A stretch of 64,000 bases of DNA from Strigamia acuminata (taxonomy: Eukaryota): assembly GCA_949358305.1 (NCBI GenBank), contig OX442314.1, positions 1,178,001 through 1,242,000 on the forward strand, written 5' to 3'. A program made the translations under genes and the position numbers. Each line of letters starts with the position of its first letter. Position 1 is the stretch's first letter. This document shows, one piece after another, positions 56,860 to 64,000 of the stretch. The notes beneath the pieces were generated by a model. That model was not told the origin of the DNA and ran no database searches. It saw nothing but the letters and a program-made list of their open reading frames with translations.

Positions 56860-59800
56860 TGTCGTGATTCGACTTTGTGGTTAAAGATAATAAATAATAC
56901 ACTCGGGAATACAATATATTTCAAATACTGCTTTATTAAAACACGCTTACTAATACAAATATAAGTCAAGATGTTTCCTGTGTTGGTCCTCGGATTCGGC
57001 TGCGAATACGAGTTGCCGCTAAACAATGGCGGATCCAATTGTTTAGTCCTACGCGTGGTCTATGTTTGTTGTCTAGGGTATTTCCACGTGTTATTATGAA
57101 CACGCGAGAATTCGCTTTCTCGTGCGAATTAAACGAATATCGTTCGAATATTTATTCTAGCGTAGATTGGCTACGCTAAATAAATGTGGCTGTTGTACAG
57201 TTGAAATGGTCAGCGGGCACCGGTCCTCGATCAATCCGTGAAACGGCCTGAAAGGTGAGGTAAATGGTGCTCTTGCTGAAATGTGGTAACTGTAGTGTCA
57301 TTTCCGGTCAAGCCTCGGTCTTATATACTGACCGGAAGTGACGTCATATATAGATTATTCTGATTATTCAGATCCGCAGAAATGCGAGACTAGTCAATCT
57401 AGTCTATTTCTAGTAGCGCTCCTGGCGGTCGGATTCATCAACACGATAAATCTTATCAATTTATCTTCAGGTGATTCGGAATCACCACACGTCCCTCCCC
57501 AAGAATAAACTATCGGGACCAAACCAACGTTTGCAGGTTGGCCAAGAAAACTACTTATTTTATGAAATAATTTACATCTGAATAAACTTTTTGTGATGAA
57601 TTTAAAATGAGAACGAGAGATACTCAAATTTTTAAAATAGGTCAACATAACTGGCCTTAGTCTTGGGGATAACTGGTTATTCCAGTGTCGCTGGACTGCT
57701 GAGTTTTTTCTCAGCTTGGTGATTAGTTTTTTGATCAGTTCGAAATCTATGGGTGACGAGATTTGCGCAGACGGAGTTATCTTTATTCCGCCTGCGAACG
57801 CCAGTTTTTTGCCATGTTGTCAAATTTAGCGGTGAATTCCTTCATGATTCTCTCTTGTTCTTTACCGAGCATTTTCAGCAATTCTTCTCGCTCTGCAACT
57901 TTTTTGTTGACTTTTTGCTTTGCTCGTTCAGGACAATCCTGTCGCCAATGGCCGTCCTCCCGGCAGAAGTTGCAGGGACCGCTCTTTCCTCCCTCTCGGT
58001 TGACTGGTCCCTTCGTGTACTCTCTGTAACAAGAAGATGAGATCAAATCTAAATGGTCTTCCGATCTATCCTCAGCACTAGACGTCTTTGTTTGGTAAGC
58101 GTTCCCAGGAGGCGGTATGGGGTTTGACCCGCTATTATTCCTTTTTGATAGAAGTGGTTCGATATTTCCGTTTAGATAATTCCGTGATTGGAGCAGCTTA
58201 GTTGAGTCTATGCTGCGCTCCTGTATTCGTTGCTGTCGAGCCACTCCTAGAGCTCGTTCTTCTTTTGTCAGATTTTCGTTATACCGAGCATTTACTTCGG
58301 TGTGTTTTTTCTCGACGAAAGCGAGGATGGCTTTGAAATTATCCCCTTTAGGAGCGTTCATTTCTCGTAGGACTTTGGTTGCGGTTTCGTTTAGTCCTTG
58401 TTCGAAGAGAGCTTTCTGAGCGTGTTGGTCAAATGGTTTGTCCATTTCACGGAACAGGCTGTCGGCTCGTTGTACGTACTCTCTCAGAGTTTCCCCGGGA
58501 GCTTGCTTCTGTGAGCTTACTCTTTTCTGGATTTCTTGGCTCGTCTCGCCATATTGATTGTGGAACTTTATGACGAAATCTTCCCAGTTTCGGGGTTGGA
58601 CATCAGCGTACCAGTTTCGGGCCCGGTTGATCAGCATTTCTGGTATTCCGCGTGCAACCATTTCGTCGGGTTCCGCTCCTAAGCGATTAATCGTCAGGGC
58701 GACTTCGTCCAAAAACAAGTTGCCGGCGTTCCAGGATCCGTCGAACTTAATTAGTCTCAGGGTCGTCCACTTGATGTTGTTATCCTTGCGAGAATACAGC
58801 CATCGGTCTGCGGAGTAACGTTTCAACAATCCTTCGCTTCGATCGTCCTCCTCGGTCTCTTGGCCACGGCTTTGTTGAAGTTTTTGGTCCATGGCCTGAA
58901 GGAGTTCGTCTTTCATCGTCCGTAGTTGGTTGCTTAGCGAGTCAGTCTCACTAAGCAGCGGTGATGATCGTGGATTGTCGGAAGGGAGGCTTGGGTAATG
59001 CGTACCGTTGCCCGTCAGTCCGAACTGATTGTGTTGGAACGACGTTTTCCCTGATGATCCCGCGGTGTTCGGGTTATTCGTGAGGTCTTGCGCTATGGTT
59101 GAGTTATCTGGGTTCGCTTTCTCTGGAGCGGAGGTTTGGCTCAACTTTGTTCCGGGCGGTATCAGATCGTCCAGTCGGGTCCCCGTGAGGCCTTCGTTCG
59201 TTTTTTTGATAAAAACGTAGGAATCTCTCCCAGCATATGCTTCGGCGGCGTGCTTCTTTTCGAGGTGATTTTTAACTGCGTTAATCTCCTCGAGTGTCGG
59301 CATGGCCAGTTTATTTCGACCTGCTTCGTTGCGTATCTGGTTCTTCTGATTTATACATCTGATTAGTTCTGCGTTAGGGTCGCCTGGGTTGTTATTACTG
59401 GTTTGGCCAGTTTTCATTGCGAATGAGTTTTTTACTGCCCATGATTGTGCGCCCTGATTATTCCTCCTATCCTGTATAAACGCCTCGTACAGTTCTCCTT
59501 TGACTTCGTCCGATTCGTTCAAGATGCTATCTAGTCCGTTGACTCGGATACTGCCGTGAGATGCTTGAGAGTCGATACTTTCGCTGTCTGACGTTACTTC
59601 GCCGCCGGTCTCGGACTGTTGTCGATCTGCTCCGACCCGACGTCGTTTCTCTCCGCGTCTGGCCGTGTTATCTGCCGATCGTTTTTCAGTCCTCTGATTT
59701 ACTAGGTCGATTACTCGGCTTAGCTCTGCGTAGGGATCCTTGTCCTGGTCGATCTCGATGCCGTGTGCGCAAGCTACCCGAGTTACTTCTATTGCTTTGG

Positions 59801-61204
59801 CTACCAGCTCCTTAGCTGTGTGAGACCGTTCTGGGGAGCTCTGTACGGAGTTTGGCTCCGAATGCTGGCTTAACCCGTTGCTTGGTGGCCGGATCTGGCA
59901 GTCCTTTGCCATTTCTCGTTCGATTATTTTCTGCTTCGCGAGCAATTCTCGAGCCAGCTCGCGCTCCAGTGCCATTTGCTTAGCTTGGTGTTCTTGTGCC
60001 AAGCTCTGTTCCATGGCAGCTAATTTCTCGCGATGCTCTCTGGCTAAATCTTCCATCAATTCGTTTTTCTTCTTCTCTAACGCGACTGTTCTTGCTTGGT
60101 CTGCGCGGGCAGCCTCGTTGATAATTGCGGCACCCGTGTTTGCCGCTTTGTTTAGAAGAGTCATTAGATCCATTTCACCGGGATCCTTTTCGACTGGTCT
60201 GGGGCTTTTCAATCCGAATCGAGGGTTTTCGAACGATTTATTTAGTCCGTTTTCTTCGTGAGAGCTTCCTGATCCTTCGAATTCGCCTCCCGTAAACGGA
60301 AGTTGTCTTGCAAGGGAAAGACTTTCACTTGATGATTCTGTTGAAACTTCAGTCGAGTTAGTCTCGACTTCTGGTTCCACGTGGTTCGCTTCTTCCGCTT
60401 TTTGGCGCTCGATTTCTTCGGCTTCTTTTCTATCCTTTTCGTCGTTACGCCTTTTTCTATCTTCTGCGGTAGTTTTTGTCATTTCTTACGATATAATGAT
60501 CGATCGAAAGATCCCGGTTATTATTTAAAGTATTGTCTTAAGGTTAGCAAATCTATCCCGGACAGACCCCCACGTGTCGTGATTCGACTTTGTGGTTAAA
60601 GATAATAAATAATACACTCGGGAATACAATATATTTCAAATACTGCTTTATTAAAACACGCTTACTAATACAAATATAAGTCAAGATGTTTCCTGTGTTG
60701 GTCCTCGGATTCGGCTGCGAATACGAGTTGCCGCTAAACAATGGCGGATCCAATTGTTTAGTCCTACGCGTGGTCTATGTTTGTTGTCTAGGGTATTTCC
60801 ACGTGTTATTATGAACACGCGAGAATTCGCTTTCTCGTGCGAATTAAACGAATATCGTTCGAATATTTATTCTAGCGTAGATTGGCTACGCTAAATAAAT
60901 GTGGCTGTTGTACAGTTGAAATGGTCAGCGGGCACCGGTCCTCGATCAATCCGTGAAACGGCCTGAAAGGTGAGGTAAATGGTGCTCTTGCTGAAATGTG
61001 GTAACTGTAGTGTCATTTCCGGTCAAGCCTCGGTCTTATATACTGACCGGAAGTGACGTCATATATAGATTATTCTGATTATTCAGATCCGCAGAAATGC
61101 GAGACTAGTCAATCTAGTCTATTTCTAGTAGCGCTCCTGGCGGTCGGATTCATCAACACGATAAATCTTATCAATTTATCTTCAGGTGATTCGGAATCAC
61201 CACA
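56860..61204 (-). mobile_element. Non-autonomous gag-only Gypsy-type LTR element (4345 bp)
   Basis: 630-bp LTRs 56860-57489 and 60575-61204 with no mismatch seen; AGCA TSD; tRNA-Pro-like PBS TGGGGGTCTGTCCGGGAT; PPT GGGGAGGGA; no pol. Confidence 0.95.
57783..60482 (-). CDS. gag: Gag (899 aa), homologous to Gypsy 1 Gag
   Basis: FDGSWNAGNLFLDEV vs FDGSWKAGDRFLDEV; YGET...Q.PGET; CNFCREDGHWRQDC. Confidence 0.92.
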   Translation of the reverse strand: MTKTTAEDRKRRNDEKDRKEAEEIERQKAEEANHVEPEVETNSTEVSTESSSESLSLARQLPFTGGEFEGSGSSHEENGLNKSFENPRFGLKSPRPVEKDPGEMDLMTLLNKAANTGAAIINEAARADQARTVALEKKKNELMEDLAREHREKLAAMEQSLAQEHQAKQMALERELARELLAKQKIIEREMAKDCQIRPPSNGLSQHSEPNSVQSSPERSHTAKELVAKAIEVTRVACAHGIEIDQDKDPYAELSRVIDLVNQRTEKRSADNTARRGEKRRRVGADRQQSETGGEVTSDSESIDSQASHGSIRVNGLDSILNESDEVKGELYEAFIQDRRNNQGAQSWAVKNSFAMKTGQTSNNNPGDPNAELIRCINQKNQIRNEAGRNKLAMPTLEEINAVKNHLEKKHAAEAYAGRDSYVFIKKTNEGLTGTRLDDLIPPGTKLSQTSAPEKANPDNSTIAQDLTNNPNTAGSSGKTSFQHNQFGLTGNGTHYPSLPSDNPRSSPLLSETDSLSNQLRTMKDELLQAMDQKLQQSRGQETEEDDRSEGLLKRYSADRWLYSRKDNNIKWTTLRLIKFDGSWNAGNLFLDEVALTINRLGAEPDEMVARGIPEMLINRARNWYADVQPRNWEDFVIKFHNQYGETSQEIQKRVSSQKQAPGETLREYVQRADSLFREMDKPFDQHAQKALFEQGLNETATKVLREMNAPKGDNFKAILAFVEKKHTEVNARYNENLTKEERALGVARQQRIQERSIDSTKLLQSRNYLNGNIEPLLSKRNNSGSNPIPPPGNAYQTKTSSAEDRSEDHLDLISSSCYREYTKGPVNREGGKSGPCNFCREDGHWRQDCPERAKQKVNKKVAEREELLKMLGKEQERIMKEFTAKFDNMAKNWRSQAE

Positions 61205-62723
61205 AGCATGTGCCGGTTCATTAGATAAATGTGTGAACACGAATAATCGCACCGATTGCAACAATAATCCTGGCGTTTTTTCTCCATTTTTTACCTCAGT
61301 AAGCTTGAAGTTGTGTGCTAATGATCCTGAAATTTAAAAAATAACAATTAATTAATTAAGTTGAAATATGTAACCTTGTAACTTAATTGGGCAGTTCGTT
61401 AATAATACCCTGAACATGTAAAACGCATCCTACAATTGCAAATCTTTACACTCTAAAAAATGTTTTGTTGACAGCTATTATTAAACTTGTTGCAACCCAA
61501 ATTTTTATTAAAATAGGCGACATCCAACTACTAAGTTTCCAGACATGAAATAGTTTTATTGACAACCAAAATCTTTGGTTTAATCAACTAAATTTATACT
61601 TGAGTTGACTAAACACCCACCAACTACATTATGTTAGTTGGCACAACACACACAGTTTATCGAGTGTACTCTGGTGGTTTCATCCATGGGTCAGTGTACA
61701 AGCTTTCCGCCACAATCTTTAAATAATGTACAAATATTTTGTCAAGTCAGTGGTTTACCTGATCAAAAAGAATGCTCGAAAGGAGTTCTGGTGGGCAAAT
61801 ATCGAATTCAATTCCACGAGAGTTAGGCCTAACGTTCAGCTGCACGAAAATGGAATTAAAAAAAATTAGATTATTGCTCAAAAAGAAAATTTACAGACTC
61901 CATTTACCTTTAGCAATCGTCTGCTACCATTTTTGTAGCGTTTAGCAACTTCGACACCTTTCAAACGAAATAAAAATGCGTTTAATCGTGCGTGAGCGAA
62001 AAGTTAGATACATCAAACTTGAAAAAGACAAAGATAACGGCGGTTGCCATAGAAACTAGTGCATAGCAACAGAAGCGAGTCGTAGTAACGTTGCAGTCCA
62101 ATCACAATACAGGAAAAAATAAGTTACGTGAAATTTAATTTTCCCAAATTGTTTAAAAAAAAATTAATTTTCGCAACTTGTCCAAATTTTTCTCCAATTT
62201 TTCTCAAAAAGTTTTAATAAATTTGAGAATTTTTTTAAATCATGCCACTGATGTGACATTTTCGTAATTTGTCCATTTAATAAGTTGGCGAAACGTCACA
62301 TACTGGTAGTATATTTTTCAAATCTAGTAATGAATGATTTATTTTCATATTTTTATATTTATTACCGGTAAGCGATTTGCTTCAGTGACCAAGGAACGGG
62401 AAGAAACGATGCGGGAGACGAGAGACATCTCGTAACAAATTTCATCATCACTTGCATTGAATGCGTCGTTGAAATATACGGAGGACTATTGGAGATATTT
62501 GATAAAATATGGTTTGATAAATCAAATCTGTTTGATAGTTTTTTTTAAATATTTATTTTTTAAAAAGATTAAATCGAATAAAATTAAACGATAAAAATTA
62601 TCAGAAATATTTTATCAAGTTAAAATAAAAGTGCGACATGTCGCCGATACTCTTCCGTAAACTCGAATTGGCCTTTAATGGCGTCGTATCTCGAGAAGCG
62701 AACGTGGTAGAAACGTAAAAACG

Positions 62724-62993
62724 ATGGCACTGTTCGTCAACAGTTTGCGATTCGGATCAAGCACTGTTTTCAGAGACTACCGAAAGTTTCTGTTCAAAGA
62801 ATTGACGGACGTAGCCCGGGTTTCGCCCTCGCGAGCTCTCGAAGTAAACTCGGACATTCGTGCAACACTCGTCGCGCTCGGCCACGGTCATTCGACCCAG
62901 CCTGAGTGGCCACAACAAACCAAAAAGCCTAGCTTGAAATCTGGTGTCTGGTTCTCGCGAGCACAGTTTTGTCGAGAGTTGTTTTGTATGTAA
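62724..62993 (+). other. Possible first coding exon of an unidentified host gene
   Basis: ATG ORF in a GC-richer patch; an exon-like AG...GTAAGT segment at ~63180-63331 contains stops; product not recognised. Confidence 0.25.
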
Positions 62994-64000
62994 AACAAAT
63001 CGCATCAGTTTGAAGAGTGCGCTACATTCTTCAAATGAACGCCCGATCCAATCAGCCAAAATTAAACGTCATTTGACTCAGTTGAGATTTTTTGCTTTTT
63101 ATAGTTTGTGATTAGAGCGGTCAGTGATTTGTTGCTAATTGATTGATTGATTAATTGATTGTTTTTCTCTTTTTTTTAGTTGATTATGTGAATTATTGAG
63201 CACATCGTCTGGTGATGTGATAAAGTGGCTAGATCCAAGATTGAGACAATTTGAGACATTTTAAACTTCCTCTTCTTATTGACCGTTGTGGAGTTTATGC
63301 GCAGGCTGGCAGATTTCAGTAATTTAATGAGGTAAGTACCTGTAAGTTTCTTTTTCTTTTTCTTTTCTACACTTTTACAATTCCTGGTGGGCGAAATTGT
63401 GTTGAGGAACGATGGGACCAGAGTCGGAATTTGGGTGATTCCATTGTTTTGCCAAATTTACTCACATTGTTTGTGATGAATGGTCACTTACTCGTTAGTG
63501 TGTAAGAAGCAGTGTTGCAACTCGTTCATGGAACTGGGAACGTGTTGACGCTCATGTTCGCTGTAAGCTGTTCACACACAAACTATTCAAGTACCCGAAG
63601 TTGAACTTATCTGAAATTTTTGGTAATTATTTTTCCAATTTTTCTAGAAATTCAGTTAAATTTTTGAAATTACGACCAATTTTTGTATAAATTCTCAAAA
63701 TGTTGGTCAACTTTTGCCAATGAAACATGTCAGGCACGGTGAACGTGTTGATGAACTTAATTCACGAACTAATGGACACTGGTGACAAATGATGCAAATT
63801 GCATTTTGAAAGAAACTGACACTAGAAATATTGAAATTGCTGACAAATAGTTTGTTGCTTAATTGTTATTAATTTGGAAATAAGAAAATAAGACTTCTAA
63901 CATCTTGTGTCTTGTTTGTCATTAAGTTTATTTTCATATTAAAATGGTTTATTTCATGTTTACAACTAAGATATTTTCTCGTTTGGTTTCTTGTTCTTGA

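Larger units (their letters stand above)
56489..61287 (-). pseudogene. C2H2 zinc-finger gene (~149 aa, 5 fingers) split by an LTR element: 61287-61205 plus 56855-56489
   Basis: Removing the insert gives MEKKRQDYCCNRCDYSCSHIYLMNRHMLKHTGEKPF...; TGEKP linkers; two fingers lack a Cys. Confidence 0.88.

Noticed and set aside
61330..64000. Genes in the last 2.7 kb
   Set aside because: AT-rich with only isolated splice-like signals; no product could be supported

Overview
Eukaryotic (intron-containing, probably arthropod) DNA dominated by nested transposons around a few host genes. In order: (1) the 3' part of a Ty3/Gypsy element (gag, -1 frameshift, pol with a nonsense codon and a MITE insertion, a ~650-aa non-env ORF fused to pol, ~1-kb 3' LTR); (2) an apparently intact RNF216/TRIAD3-like RBR E3 ligase gene, preceded by a decayed copy of one of its exons; (3) a complete, very young Gypsy element (matching 623-bp LTRs, AAAC TSD) with an extra 392-aa ORF3 carrying a DnaJ-type CxxCxGxG zinc motif; (4) a tandem family of LRR-like genes and pseudogenes, with a hAT-like MITE in one intron; (5) a BEL/Pao element interrupted by two nested Ty1/Copia elements and a two-gene PIF/Harbinger-superfamily (Pangu-like, ATT TSD) transposon; (6) a young gag-only LTR element inserted in a C2H2 zinc-finger gene. 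Most notable: both Copia polyproteins carry an MBD-like (methyl-CpG-binding) domain between integrase and RT and one sits inside the other; both Gypsy elements carry unexplained non-envelope 3' ORFs; and the gag-only element keeps the slippery site and hairpin with a 138-codon open -1 frame although it has no pol. All calls come from reading by eye; no searches were run.
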